Assembly (NCBI GenBank): GCA_951406725.2
Contig: OX597818.1
Span: 144,026,001-144,090,000, forward strand
Origin: Octopus vulgaris
Lineage: Eukaryota
Direction of reading: 5' to 3'
DNA: 64,000 bases
The first letter of the stretch is position 1; the number at the start of each line of letters is the position of its first letter. The translations under genes were made by a program, and so were the position numbers. A model generated the notes under the pieces. That model was not told where the DNA came from, did no database searches, and saw only the letters and a program-made list of their open reading frames with translations. Below are positions 1 through 13,814 of the stretch, in pieces.

Positions 1-697
1 AAGTAATAATTAAAATCAAACTAAAGTATAATATAATCGTAACATAACAAAAGTAAAAATAGCAATTGGTATAAAATTGCATCAATGACTTAAACTTGAA
101 TAAGTGGTTTCACATGAATGGGAATAAATTAAAAATAAAATTAGCGTGCAGAAATGGAATAGTCCAGATGGATAATAAAAAATTAAATTAAAGAAAAGAC
201 TATTATCTATAAAGTATACAATGTAGAGAAAAAGAAGATTTGAACACATGGAGGAAAGCACCTTTGAAAAGTGTCTTGGTGCAACTATGAAAGGTATCTA
301 ATCAGAAGTGGTAAATTCGCCACAATAGAAGCAAGGTTCGAGTCAACGGAGCATGCAAGGGAGTACTTGACTCGAACTTGCAAAGTGGAAATATTTTATT
401 TTTACCTTTATATCTGGGACGTAGGACGTCCAGAAAAAATTTTTTAATAGCCCCCCCCCCCCCCCGAAGTATAGGTAGGCTGGATTGTAGCCACACTTCT
501 ATACAAGAGGGAGGACAAGATACAATTGACCGAAATTACAAGAGACGGGCTAACAATTCCAGTCTGTTATATATTTTGAGTATTGTTATCACTAGCGATA
601 TCAAGATATAACTTTGTACTTTGTATTTTATGTGTAGATGTATATATATAGATGTACATGTAATATGTACACATGTATATACACATATGTACATGCA

Positions 698-737
698 CTA
701 GCACTATGACCCGGCAACGACGGGTCTTTAATGCTAG
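698..737 (+). mobile_element. Helitron-type 3' terminus (hairpin + CTAG), palindromic
   Basis: gacccggcaacgacgggtc hairpin followed by ~8 nt and CTAG; same motif as the Helitron ends at 40621-40650, 47702-47730 and 59060-59088. Confidence 0.55.
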
Positions 738-783
<46 letters not shown>

Positions 784-859
784 TATGTACATATATATCT
801 GTATATGTATATATATCTATGTATTTATGTATATATACAAAAATATATATATATATGTA

Positions 860-894
<35 letters not shown>

Positions 895-905
895 TTAAAT
901 ATATG

Positions 906-958
<53 letters not shown>
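738..958. repeat. (TA)n/(TG)n compound microsatellite
   Basis: Direct sequence. Confidence 0.95.
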
Positions 959-960
<2 letters not shown>

Positions 961-969
961 AATTGAATT

Positions 970-2335
970 AAACTAGTTTCAGCTCACGAGCCGTAGCCAT
1001 GCTGGGGCACTACCATTTGGTATTGCTACATGTCTTTCACTTCACTAATTCTCAGTAATGCCCAGGTCTTGAACTGACTGTGTCTTGGGATTGCAATCCC
1101 TCCAGGTTCAGTGTATTTAATTGGTATTGCATTTAGTTTTGCATACTAATAGCATAGAGCTTGAAACTTTTCAGCATTAAACTGTAATTTATTCTTCGTA
1201 GCCCACATGTATATTTTATCTAACTCACGTTGCCGGTGCATAGCGTCTTCAGGGTTCTGTATCATCTGTGAGACTTTTGTATCATCTGCATAACTTGTGA
1301 TCGTGGTTCTCTGTGTGGGAGGGGGCATATGTGAGAGGGTCATTATAAACAGTAGTAGTCCCGAAACAGTGCCTTGCCGAACACTGCTCACTATTTGCGT
1401 CTCCTTGGCTACTACCGCTTGACGTCTATCTTTCAGAAAGTCATGAAGCCATTCTCCCAATTTCCCGACTATGCCGAGATCATGCAATTTGTGACATATT
1501 CCATGACCGACTTTATCGAAAATCTTTGCAAAGTCGAGATATATCACATACACATTTGAGTGGTTGAGCAGCTGTTTCAACACCCAGTCATAGTGTAAGA
1601 GCTGAGTCAGGCAGCTTCTTCGTGGTTGAAAACCATGTTGGGTGTCAGCGGCAAATCATTTTCTTGAAGGAACGTGGTTAATTTTCTTATGACTATTCGT
1701 CCATGATTTTTCTGATGCGAGGTCGGAGAGATAGGTCTGTAGTTTTGGGCCTCTTCTCCTTTATGAATGGGGCATGTTTTATTTTCCTTCAGCTTGCTTG
1801 GAAGTTTGCCAGTTGCAAGGAAGCTCTGGAAGAGTGACTGCAGTGGTCTTACTTGGACTCGCTTACATGATTTTAGAAGGATTGTTGGGAATCCATCAGG
1901 GCTAGTAGCTGAGTTCGGGTTCATCTCATCTATAGCCCTTATTACATCGTCTTCTTTTATATTAATCAATCATCACTGCCTCTGTTTTTATATCTGAAAT
2001 TATGCAAAAGTCAGCTGGATAGCAAGTGTCCTAGGGGTGGAGTGAAAACACTTCTGAATTGTTCATTTAGTATTTCACTTATGCTCATTGGGTTTCCTGT
2101 GAGTGCACCATCTTTTTCGAGGAGTGGCCCTAACCTGCAGTGCACTGAGGCTGTTTCTTTGGAAAACGGGTAGAATGCTCTGGGGTTAGATTTTATAATG
2201 TCTATAGCCTAGGCTTTTTTGTTTGCTTTTTCTTTTTCATGGGAGGGTTGTAGACTTTTTCTATCTCCAGCAGTTGTATTTTCAGGGGGATTTTTCCATG
2301 CTTTTGATTTCTTTATTTAGGCGATTTGAAATTTT
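970..2335 (-). mobile_element. Degenerate CR1-group LINE fragment (RT region plus 3' tail)
   Basis: ORFs 1146-1583 and 1607-1969 carry YLDFAKxFDKV, VxQGTV, YADD and NYRPIS motifs; frameshifted; tail gtgccccagcatggc..gctgaaactag on minus at 970-1015. Confidence 0.9.
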
Positions 2336-2489
2336 GCATATATATATATATATAGAACTTAGAGACATACCGTTATTTAGTTATTCCATCAATAGTGAAA
2401 AGATATTATCTATAATAGCCACATAGAAAATAATTAAATATCTTATAATTATTATTCTAAAAATCTCATAACAAATCAAACATTAAATT

Positions 2490-2603
2490 GACTACACGCG
2501 TTTTATGACTAAATATATAAATCGATAATATTAAAATTTAATTTTTTAAAATTAAAAGTTCAATATTAATTCAATTTAAAAATATTTAGCCACTCTTCAG
2601 GCC
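2490..2603 (-). ncRNA. Hammerhead ribozyme-like motif (degenerate, Penelope type)
   Basis: Minus strand: CTGAAGA, stem II gtggctaaatat/atatttagtcat, AAAA (GAAA mutated), CGCGTGTA. Confidence 0.5.
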
Positions 2604-3199
2604 GAAAAAATAACATAAATAAATTTAGCTATTATAATAAAACAATAAATATATAAATATTAACAGTAAATATATAAATATTAACAGTAAATAATTCAAT
2701 GAAATTTAACAATATTAATGTAAAGCAAAAACATGACTTATCTTATTGATGAAAACCAGTTAAAAGAAATTTTAAACTTTAAACTTACAATCTAGCGTTG
2801 TAAAAAAACCTATCTCGTAAAACGTGACGTAAACAATAAATATACAATAAATAAATAGATATACATATTTAACGATAAAAATTTAAATAATCAAAACAAC
2901 GTGACGTAATATACCATTTACGGGGGAAATTCTAAATTCTCAATAATTTAAAACTACGGCATCATATGCAAAAATATAAAATTAATTAAATGTCGATAAA
3001 TTAATATATATTCTTCAATTACTTTTATTAATCCCTTGGTTTAAACTTATTCAAGTTATGTTCAAACACTACATAACCTACAACTAATTTATACTCATTA
3101 TAATACTAATGCGTACAAATAACACGCAACAATAATAAATAGTTACCAGAGTGGCAAAAAATTCACATAAGTACCTAGGATGTTACAGCCTACTTATAA

Positions 3200-4300
3200 A
3201 GGTAGAAATTCTAGGGTTTAGTGAAATGTTTTTGTATAACAGATAAATAATGAAATGGAGTTAAACGCAGGTGTTATTCAAATCTTTATACTTCCGACAT
3301 ATATTTCGAAGAAAACATTGTTATTATTCCAGAGGGAATAAAATGATGTAAAAGAATGCGATCTTCTCATCATGGGTAAAAAAGAGAAAGCAAACACATC
3401 AATAAGCCATTTTAAGCGAATATGATTACTGAGTATATGATGAAGGGAATGCTGGCAAGTTATTTTGGAGAGAGAGAAAGAGGAGAAAGAAAGAAATTAG
3501 CAGAAAACCAAAAGTGGAGAAATGTTGTGCGATAGAATGATGGGAATAATGTTTAAAGGCGTGGAAAATAGATATATTTAGTGGAAATTAAATGTAAGAA
3601 GACAGTTAAATGCCGAATTTTATAGATTGGCAGAAATTACTTATAGGTACTAAATGTATGTTTTTGTCAATGTTTGCAACGATAAATGCATTCTTTAAAC
3701 GTGTTTACAAGAGAATTCTCCGAGAAAAGGATGAGATAGAGTTCATCGTTACAGAGCGCGGACAAGAAGATTTACCTCTATCATATGGAAAGGACCTAGA
3801 TAGAATATTCCATTCCAAAACAAATTGTTTATTATGTTCCTTCAGAGACCAAACTAATTTACTAAGCCCAGTATTGTTACGCTTACTGTTATGTCCAAAT
3901 GTAGAGTAATGGTTAGATATTCCTTTGGACAACTGAGATGAAGAACTACCTATGTAAAAAAAAAAAAAAAAGACGTCCGAAGTAGAAATAATTTTACATT
4001 GATAAACAGAGTTTCTAGTCTTAGGAAACAAATACGATTGGAATTTGTATCAGAAATACTAATATTGTTGTTGTTATTATTATTCAAAGAATGGTTGGTG
4101 CTAATAATATCAATGTTATTATTTTCATTAAGAGGATTTGTATTTAACAACTTATTGTTATGCGAAGAGATGATTTGTGGAAGGTTTTTGGTGTATTGAA
4201 CCCTATTCTGATTCGGTATGAATTGATAATAGAATGGTATCTTGAATTTTTGGAGAAATTCTTATCTATAGCTTCACGAGACTGGTAAGGGAGATTGGAT
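3200..4300 (-). mobile_element. Penelope-like element 3' remnant (GIY-YIG region)
   Basis: Minus translation FFYIG...SNHYSTF..NSKRNNTGLSKLVWSLK...EWNIL...Y...C resembles the PLE GIY-YIG C-terminus; followed by a hammerhead-like motif. Confidence 0.75.
3293..3376 (-). ncRNA. Hammerhead ribozyme-like motif (degenerate)
   Basis: Minus strand: ATGATGA (C>A), gaaga/tcttc stem II, GAAATATATGTC. Confidence 0.5.
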
Positions 4301-4730
4301 TTGATCTGCTTACCTTATGGAATTATCAACCAAACAATTTTACTATGACATACCTTGTTATTAAGGTAATTAGTTATCTTTAAAAGTCCTAGATGTACTT
4401 TTATTATATGTATGTATATATTTACACAGTATTTAAATAAACACCACTCATAGTTTCATGCCATGGAAACACGATAATTTAGCATGAAACTATTTATAGC
4501 TTTTATTTAAATACTGTGCACATCAAATCATATTTATACTTAACACTCTAGATTAATATATTGTTATATTCTTACATTACAACTCCAGTATAACAACTGT
4601 ATTCTCCTTCTAAGGTCTCTACCGTTTTTTTATACTATGTTCTTTATGTATAAATTTTATCACTTAACGGTTTGCAGCCGTTTACTCAACACCCAGGAAT
4701 TTAAACACCTATTTTGTATATCTTCAACTA

Positions 4731-4814
4731 CCTCTGAAGAGATTCGACTTTCAAATAATTTTAAATTTAATTGATTAATTTTCTGAAGGTCTGGAATTGA
4801 AACAGCTGTAAGGG
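4731..4814 (+). ncRNA. Type I hammerhead ribozyme-like motif with intact core
   Basis: cct-CTGAAGA-gattcgactttca...tgaaggtctggaatt-GAAA-CAGCTGTA-agg; palindromic stem III and GUA cleavage triplet. Confidence 0.65.
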
Positions 4815-4905
4815 ATGTTTGTCAATTTTTTTTATTAATAAATAATTTATTAATTACCTCTCTATTTTCTCATCTTATTATAATAAATAAATATATATAA
4901 ACCAC

Positions 4906-4959
<54 letters not shown>

Positions 4960-5066
4960 CTTTGCAGTTGAGTATTAACTGTAATGTTCTATATTCTTTG
5001 TATAGGTAAGTAACCAGTACTTTCATAGGATTTTGCTATCCCTGAATGAGGTTTGCAACCTTTATT

Positions 5067-5100
<34 letters not shown>

Positions 5101-7479
5101 GTAAATGTTCTAAATTTCGACTGAATAAATATTCACCCTGTTAACAACCACCATCTGTACTCCAGAGATTTGTCCACTCTGTTGTGAGCGTTCAGATCAG
5201 ATTTCCAGTCAAATGATAACTTCCTCCCTTCCTCTTGGAAGTTCTGGAAAAAGCTCATGGACGTTGCCTTTCCTTATGCGACTAAACCATACCAAAAAGT
5301 GAATTTAAAAGTTTAAAAAAAACACGAATTACTCCAGTTTCAAATTTTATCTTTTTTGTCTTAACATCACCACCAACACTAACAATAACATAGGCAAGAA
5401 CACTGCCCCATTACAACAACAGTAACAATTCTATCACAAGCAGCACCACTACCATTTCCACCTGCACTATGACCACCATTACCACCATCACCACTACTAA
5501 CACCACCGCCACAGCAACAGCAACAACAATAACAACAATGAATCTCCCTTAAATTACATATTACCGTTTTAGATATGTTTGATCAAGGCTCATCCGATGC
5601 TAAACAACGACAGCGTTGATCTAAAAGGAAAGTTCAGAAAATGCAACGCAAACGAAGTAAGACTAGGGTACTAAAACGAACCCTTACGTGTGATTAGATT
5701 GAAATGGTGGAAGCTTTGAAGGTGAGGGATATGCTAATATAATTTTCCTTAATGTTTCTTTGTTTAACGGGGACTTATTAATTTACTTATTTATTTATTT
5801 CATAACTACTCCTACAGCCTCGTTTCCAGACCTCTTATTACCAAACCGGATTAAATAGTGACCGAACTATATATGTTTGACTTAACTTTATATTCCTTCT
5901 TCTTCCACCTTTTCCCCCTTAATTTATTTGTTTGTCGCTTGTAGATTTGATAATACTGCAAATAGAGAAATAGCATGAAAATCATACGGGTTTACAGCAA
6001 ATATGGTAACAAAGAAAGGGAAAAGAAGAAAAAGGAGAGAAAAAGCAATAAAAGAAACTTTTTTAAGGGAGCTGCAATTGTGTGACTATATAGTATGACT
6101 CTCTTACTTTTAATTTCTCAAGTATTAAGATTTCTCACCATACAAAAACTGACTCACTTTCTCCTCTTTTCTACCAAAAGTTCCGCCTGCATGAATAAAA
6201 ATATCTAAAAAAAAAAAAGGACCAAAATACTAATACTAAAAAAAGAAAAGAGAAAGTAAATTTAAAAAAAAAAAGAGAGGAAAGCGAAAAGAAGCCAAAA
6301 GGTGGCGATGAACGAACGCTGAAAATCTGTTCCATTTCTTAGTTTTAGTTCCTATTCTTATCTAACATCTTCAACAGGCGTCCCTTATTTAAGATGGGGA
6401 AGGTTAGCAACAGCAAGAACAAAAATTAAACAATAATAAAAAAGAAAATAAGCATAAAACGAAATCACCGACAGAACCCTAAATAAGGTGGAGGAGGCAA
6501 CCTAATTCTTACACGAACAATGAAGTAAAAAATATTCAGTTCGTGCCTTTCTTCCACTCACCCCTCCACCAACAACGACCACGTCTTCACATCGGTTTTC
6601 TCTTGCAATAAAGAGAAAGCGATTAGATCTTGGCGCACCCTTCTTTGCCTTTAATTTCTTCTCTACCTTTCTCTTTCTCCTTTTCTTTTAGCGAAATCTC
6701 TCTCTCTCTCTCTCTCTCTCTTACTCTCTCACTCTTTCTTCTCCCTTGCATTTTTCACTGCTTCACTACTGTTCCTTTCGCTAATTTCGTTTGTTCCTTT
6801 ATCCTCCCGCCACCACCTTACAAGTGTCACACCATATTTTTCAAGCTTGACTTCATCTCAAAGTAACCTTCTCCTCACCCTTCACACCCCCTTACCCACC
6901 ATCAACTGTTCGCTCTGTCCGACTTCCCTCTGCCTCTCCTTTCCCATCTTCGGTTTTCATCCTTTCTCTCCTCCTCGTCTTTCCTTATCCTCTCCCACCT
7001 TCTTCCTTCTCCTCGTCATCTTTCACCGTTCTTTTGAGAAAAAAGAATATACTTTATCTCAAATTCATTTTTCGGCACCTTAGTGTTATTCTTTTATTTT
7101 ATTGTCTGTTCACCTTTTTTGGTTTTTATATATTTATTTATTGCTTGGGAGGGTGAGGTTGATGGCTGCTAGCGGTAAGGGACATATTCCTTAAATCTTC
7201 ACATCTACCTGCCTGCCCTAGAAAATTTTCTTACCATGCAACAACATATTTTTCTCCGCCCCCTCCCCCCCCCCCTCCCATTGCAAAACGCAGCAACGTG
7301 GTGCGTTGAAGAGTAGAACTTATCACAGCCACCTCCCCTCCCCTCGGGATACACACAGCCAGTATAATTACTCTTTACAACAACAACAACTGTGGGGGCT
7401 CACTTCGCATCAGAGAAGAAACTTCTTTCGGGAAGACTCGTTGGAGCAAAGTGGTCATTATTGAAATAAAGAAAAGCTA

Positions 7480-8075
7480 TTGAAGAGACATGATGGAGGA
7501 GCAGTAGTGATGGGAGATTGGGGCGGTGATGGTGTTTGTAAGAGCCGCCGCCGCCGCCACCGCAGTGATGGTGGTGGTGGTGAGGCTTTTGATGGTAACG
7601 TTGATGGTGTCGATGACAGTGCGGATAGTAATGCGATGGTGGAGTGGTGATGGTATGGTCATGACGATGATATACTGCTGCTGCTACTAGATAGGCGTTC
7701 TAGCTGTGACCATCATGACATTTTGTAAATTAAGGATTACTTTATCCAACATGTCTTTCCTTCTTAGAGAAAATGGAATTACATATGAGCGATGTTTGGT
7801 TGCGATTTTTAGCAGACAGAGCCACCACGAAGAGTTTCCCTCGTTGGCTGGATAGCGGCATTGAGTGGTGGTGGCCATGTGGCCGCCATGGTAGTCATAC
7901 TAGTCGACTTTGTGGTGATAGGTAACGGTGATTACGGTCAAAGTGATGGTGATTACCGATGGCGAAAACTGATGATGATGATGATGATGATGATTGAGGT
8001 AGTGGTGGTGGTAGTGGTGGTGTGAACAATGACTGTTGACGGTGGTTGTGACGGCCATGATAGTGCAGGCATTGA

Positions 8076-8110
<35 letters not shown>

Positions 8111-8230
8111 AGTGATGGTAGTGGCAGTGTATGATGATGATGATGATGATGATGATGATAGTGATGGTAGTGGCAGTGTATGATGGTGTTGAAGGTAGAC
8201 AGAGCTGATGGCGCTGGTAGTGAAAGTGGT
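7480..8230. repeat. Low-complexity (GAT)n/(GGT)n trinucleotide-rich region
   Basis: Direct sequence; gives His/Ser-rich pseudo-ORFs. Confidence 0.8.
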
Positions 8231-8477
8231 GAAGGCAGTATGTAATGCAGATAAAGATGCTTTGAAACCCTTATCTTTTCCCTATCTTCTGGCCCCTTCA
8301 CAACGCTTTTCTTTTCTTCTACTCGTGTACATCTTTCTGATCAATATTACAAATCTCTCTCTCTCTCTCTCCCTCTCTCTCTTTCAATCTCTTCCTTTTT
8401 CCAGTTTCTCATTTTCCTTCTTTTCCCTAATCTTCAATGTTCTCCCTTTCTTCTTGTCTACGCCCTTCTCTCCTCTT

Positions 8478-8781
8478 TCAGTTAAGGAGTCTTCGACTCG
8501 ATCCCATCACTGTCAAACACACGCACACACGCATAGAGAGAGAAAGAGAGCGAGAGAGCGCGAGTGAGTGAGTGAGTGAGTGTGAGTGACTGGTGAGACA
8601 CACGCACACGAATCTATCTCCGACCCACCACACAACGCGTGCGGCGAGTTCTAGAAGAAGAAGAAGAAGAAGAAGAAGAAGAAGAAGAAGAAGAAGAAAG
8701 AAAAGAAACACGTTTAAGTTGTGTCGCCAACTGAAGAAGTAGGAGTGAATAATCATTTGTTGAGTGAATCAAGTACAGCAA

Positions 8782-8814
<33 letters not shown>

Positions 8815-8840
8815 TGTGCGCGCACGTGCGTGTGTGTACA
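8478..8840. promoter_or_regulatory. Possible host promoter/5' UTR region
   Basis: TCAGTT Inr-like motif at 8478, pyrimidine tracts upstream, (GA)n, (GAGT)n and (GAA)n runs downstream, local CpG enrichment; no transposon signature. Confidence 0.2.
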
Positions 8841-9104
8841 AAATGGAAGAGTACCCAATATATACTATAAAGTTTTCTGTATTCGTTTATTCGCTCGAAG
8901 TTGGTGATTCATTTCGTTGTTTCTCAGTTTCCATCTCCAGGTAATCCTTTGGTTGGTCCCAAAATGCCTTTCTCAGGTGAAACAAAAAGCTCGGAGTAGA
9001 AAAAAATATTTACTCCTTAGCTTTGAACTGGTGTGTGTATGCGTGTGTATGTGTGTGCGCGCGCGCACGTGTATGTATGTATATATATATATATATATAT
9101 ATTC

Positions 9105-9314
9105 TTTTATTCTTTTACTTGTTTCACTCATTTGACTGCGGCCATGCTGGAGCACCACCTTTAGTCGAGCAAATCGACCCCAGGACTTATTCTTTGTAAG
9201 CCTAGTACTTATTCTATCGGTCTCTTTTGCCGAACCGCTAAGTTACGTGGACGTAAACACACCAGCATCGGTTGTCAAGCGATGTTGGGGGGACAAACAC
9301 AGACACACAAACAT

Positions 9315-9374
<60 letters not shown>

Positions 9375-9525
9375 GACAGGCTTCTTTCAGTTTCTGTCTC
9401 CCAAATCCACTCACAAGGCTTTGGTCGGCCCAAGGCTATAGTAGGAGACATTTGCCCAAAGTGCCACGCAGTGGGACTGAAACCGGAACTAAGTGGTTCG
9501 TAAGCAAGCTACTTACCACTCCTAT
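9105..9525 (-). mobile_element. tRNA-derived SINE (Octopus OK-like family) with internal (TA)n
   Basis: Reverse complement of 9917-10325; tRNA-like head and ggtgctccagcatggccgcagtcaaatga tail. Confidence 0.9.
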
Positions 9526-9529
9526 TTAA

Positions 9530-9605
9530 TTTCAATTAAATATAACATTTGATCACTTATTTTCTTTATTCAAAATTCGGACAGAACTTATGGGATAACC
9601 TGATA
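9530..9605 (-). mobile_element. Solo mariner terminal fragment
   Basis: aaattcggacagaacttatgggataacctgata matches the termini of the 11706-12770 element. Confidence 0.7.
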
Positions 9606-9608
9606 TAT

Positions 9609-9694
<86 letters not shown>

Positions 9695-9698
<4 letters not shown>

Positions 9699-9905
9699 AC
9701 CGCGTGTGTACCGTTGGCGATTTTTTTTTCCTCCGTCTTCCCTTCTCTGGATCTTTCCTTTTCTGACGAAGAGCTCCGCTTGAAACGTTAAACCCTCCTT
9801 CTTCCCTTCCTTCCTGAGCATCCAATAATACTATATTTGTTCCACGTCCTCGCATTGTTGTGCTTTCTCTTTGTGTTTTCATGTTTGGATTAACTTTATA
9901 CAAAA
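9695..9905 (+). mobile_element. Penelope LTR-like fragment containing a minimal hammerhead motif
   Basis: ttt-CTGACGA-agagctccgctt-GAAACGTTA-aa at 9760-9792. Confidence 0.55.
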
Positions 9906-9916
9906 TATATATATAT

Positions 9917-10077
9917 AGGCGCAGGAGTGGCTGTGTGGTAAGTAGCTTGTTTACCAACCACATGGTTCCGGGTTCAGTCCCACTGCGTGGCACCTTGGGC
10001 AAGTGTCTTCTACTATAGCCTCAGGCCGACCAAAGCCTTGTGAGTGGATTTGGTAGACGGAAACTGAAAGAAGCCCG

Positions 10078-10112
<35 letters not shown>

Positions 10113-10325
10113 TGTGTGTGTGTTTGTGTGTCCGTGTTTGTCCCCCTAGCATTGGTTGACAACCGATGCTGGTGTGTTTATGTCCCCGTCACTTAGCGGT
10201 TCGGCAAAAGAGACCGATAGAATAAGTACTGGGCTTACAAAAGAATAAGTCCCGGGGTCGAGTTGCTCGATTAAAGGCGGTGCTCCAGCATGGCCGCAGT
10301 CAAATGACTGAAACAAGTAAACGAT
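9917..10325 (+). mobile_element. Full-length tRNA-derived SINE (OK-like)
   Basis: Head with A box tggctgtgtgg and B box ggttcagtccc; internal (TA)n(TG)n; tail ggcggtgctccagcatggccgcagtcaaatgactgaaacaagtaa. Confidence 0.92.
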
Positions 10326-10519
10326 AAACGATATATATATATATATATAAGTATATGAAAGAATGGAGTTGAACGACTAGTTAACAAATATCCTTTATTC
10401 TCGACATATGTTTCGAAGGCTGCATATTCCTAATTCCGTGTCCTTTCTGATGTGAATTTGCTACCCAGGTATCGGTTATCTTTCGAATTATCCTTAATAA
10501 GATAATTCATTCAATTACT

Positions 10520-10584
<65 letters not shown>

Positions 10585-10769
10585 TAAAAACGGACAAAGA
10601 GGAAAGAAACGGAATGAAGTGAGAATTCGAAAAATCGAAAATTCAAACGAACCCGACGCGAAGCGCTGTCAGACAATAGTGTAATAAATAAAATATATGC
10701 ATACATACAAACATATATGTACGTACCGACATCTACATGTATATATACATGCATATATAAATATATATA

Positions 10770-11135
10770 CGTACAGGACATCACAGGAAGACGAAAAAAA
10801 TCAACAGAACGAAAACGGAAAAGACATTTTGTTACAACAGAAGGACAGAGACGTGGAACAAGACGAAACGAAAACGAAAACGGGAAAAACAATTAAGTGC
10901 AGCAGAAAAACGAAGTACAGGACATGCTGCACAAGGAAAAATCCCCTTCATCAGCTGTCGCTAGCAGACACGTGTTTCGAAGGCAGAGACAGAACACGTA
11001 AGGTCAAGCTAAGCCTTCCTACGAGAGAATTAAAATAAAATAAACTCGTAGAGGGGTAAACGAGCAAGAAAAAATGTAACACAAAAAGGGACGTAACAAA
11101 GAACTGCACAAAAAAATATATACTTGTGCAGCATG
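10770..11135 (-). mobile_element. Non-coding repeat (Penelope LTR-like) with hammerhead-like motif
   Basis: Related to 14300-14840 and 17025-17325; minus strand ccttcGAAACACGTGTC...CTGATGAaggg at 10944-10984. Confidence 0.45.
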
Positions 11136-11142
11136 TCCTGTA

Positions 11143-11270
11143 CTAACCAGCCACATGGTTCCGGGTTCAGTCCCACTGCGTGGCACCTTGGGCAAGTGTC
11201 TTCTGCTATAGCCCCGGGCCGACCAATGCCTTGTGAGTGGATTTGGTAGACGGAAACTGAAAGAAGCCTG

Positions 11271-11320
<50 letters not shown>

Positions 11321-11525
11321 TTGTGTGTCTGTGTTTGTCCCCCTAGCATTGCTTGACAACCGATGCTGGTGTGTTTACGTCCCCGTAACTTAGCGGTTCG
11401 GCAAAAGAGCCCGATAGAATAAGTACTGGGCTTACAAAGAATAAGTTCCGGGGTCGATTTGCTCGACTAAAGGCGGTGCTCCAGCATGGCCGCAGTCAAA
11501 TGACTGAAACAAGTAAAAGAGAGTA
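11143..11525 (+). mobile_element. 5'-truncated OK-like SINE
   Basis: High identity to 9950-10325. Confidence 0.9.
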
Positions 11526-11527
11526 GA

Positions 11528-11598
<71 letters not shown>

Positions 11599-11705
11599 TG
11601 TATGTATGTATGTATGTATGTATGTATGTATGCATGTATGTATGTATATACATACATACACACACACACACACATATATATATACATATATATATACATA
11701 CATAT

Positions 11706-12768
11706 ATCCCATAAGTTCTGTCCGAATTTTGAATAAAGAAAACAAGTGTTATATTTAATTGATTATCTATGACTTCCTTCCATCTATTTACAACCCTTTT
11801 ATTCCTCCTGGTTTGCGAAAGTTATGTCCCCCAAACGATTCTGTAAACTACGAAACAAATGGTAGTCTGAAGGACCAAGGTCGGGAGAATAAGGTGGATG
11901 AGGAATTTTTTTCTGTGATGTAAACTTTGCAGTGTGGGGTCGCACATTGTCCTAATAATGTCTTTTTTTCTTCAAAGCTTGGTTCAAACTCTCTAATTGC
12001 TGACAGTAGACTTGAGCATTGATTGTTGCATTAGGTGGTAACAATTCAAAATGAATTAAAAATTTTTTTTGCAATCCCACCACATAGAGAGAAGAACCTT
12101 TTCCCCATGAAGCTCCCTTCTCGGTTGTGGTTGAACTTTTCCCCTTTTACCAGGTCACTTTTTACGACGTTTAACATTTCGATAGAAGATCCAGTTTTCG
12201 TCACCAGTCACAAGTCTATCCAAAACGGGTGAAATGAGTTCGCGAGAATGGAGAGATGTCAATTCGGGATTTGCGGTTGCTTTCGGACAATTCATGAGGC
12301 ACCCATTTTCCAAGTTTAGGAACCTTTCCAAGTTGTTGAAGACGATGAACAATTGCCTCAAGTAATGCCTCAAGGAGGCATTACTCAACTGGACGTCCTG
12401 TTTGATTTTCATCTTCAAGGCTTAAATCTCCACTTCTGAATTTTGCAAACCATCTTCTGCAAGTTCTTTCATTCAAGCATTCTTTCCCATAAACTGAGTG
12501 TATGTTTCGAGTCGTATCGGCTGCAGAATTTCTTTTTTCTACTCATAAAGCATTATGTGCCTCAAATGCTCTTTGCATAATTCCATGTAAAAAGGGTTTT
12601 AATCAAAGAAATTTTAATTCTATCATTCTGTAAAATAATATTTAATTAGTTAAAATGTACACAAATGCATAAAAATAATTTTTAATTCCATTAGACATTC
12701 TAAAATACTATTAAATTTCATTTAATTTTAAAAAAGGTAAAATCGAACAGAACTTATGGGATGACCCG

Positions 12769-12770
<2 letters not shown>
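11706..12770 (-). mobile_element. Internally deleted mariner transposon
   Basis: TIRs atcccataagttctgtccga / tcgaacagaacttatgggat; minus translation includes LDRLVTGDENWIFY and an HPPYSPDLGP-like motif. Confidence 0.85.
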
Positions 12771-13000
<230 letters not shown>

Positions 13001-13039
13001 TATATACCAGTCCTCTTCCACATGCACATACATGCTCTC

Positions 13040-13325
13040 CTATACACACGCACGCGCAACTTCATTTTGGAATCATCACTACTTTATTATCTCCTCTTCT
13101 TCCTAGCTCTCCTGTATGACCCCTCTGTCCGGCATTTGCCATGATTGAGCGCTAGCCACTACACATTCTTTATTTTCTCTCTTTGTTTCTTTTCGTGCTC
13201 CTTCCTGTGGAAGAGCGTACGCTCGAAACGCTAAAGACTCTTCACTTTCCCAGTGTCAAACTAATACATCTGTTCGTTGACTACACAACCTGTCTTTCTC
13301 CTTTGATTTTTGTGAATTCTGCCCA
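13040..13325 (+). mobile_element. Penelope LTR-like fragment with degenerate hammerhead motif
   Basis: CTGTGGA-agagcgtacgctc-GAAACGCTAaag at 13205-13236, same architecture as 9760-9792. Confidence 0.45.
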
Positions 13326-13412
13326 ATATATATATACATATATACATACATGCATATACAAATATATGTATAATATATATACATATATATACACACACAC
13401 ACACACACACAA

Positions 13413-13453
<41 letters not shown>

Positions 13454-13814
13454 AATATAGAGATATAAATATATATATATATAATATATATATACATATC
13501 AACATATATATACATATATATGAACATATATACATATATATACATATATATATACATATATATATACAAATATATATATATATATATACAAATATGTATA
13601 CATATATGTATACATACATATACATATATACGCATACACACACACACATATATATATATAAACATGTATATATGCATACATACATATATATATACATATA
13701 TATATATAGACATATATATATATACATATATATACATATGTATACATATATATATATACACACACACATATATATATATATACATACATATATACATATG
13801 TATATACATATATA
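13326..13814. repeat. Degenerate (TA/CA)n microsatellite
   Basis: Direct sequence. Confidence 0.95.

Noticed and set aside
7883-7892. Perfect Kozak gccgccATGG
   Set aside because: Leads only to a short low-complexity ORF; no further support
7900-8301. His/Ser-rich 133-aa ORF
   Set aside because: Derived from (GAT)n/(GGT)n low-complexity sequence; no recognisable domain
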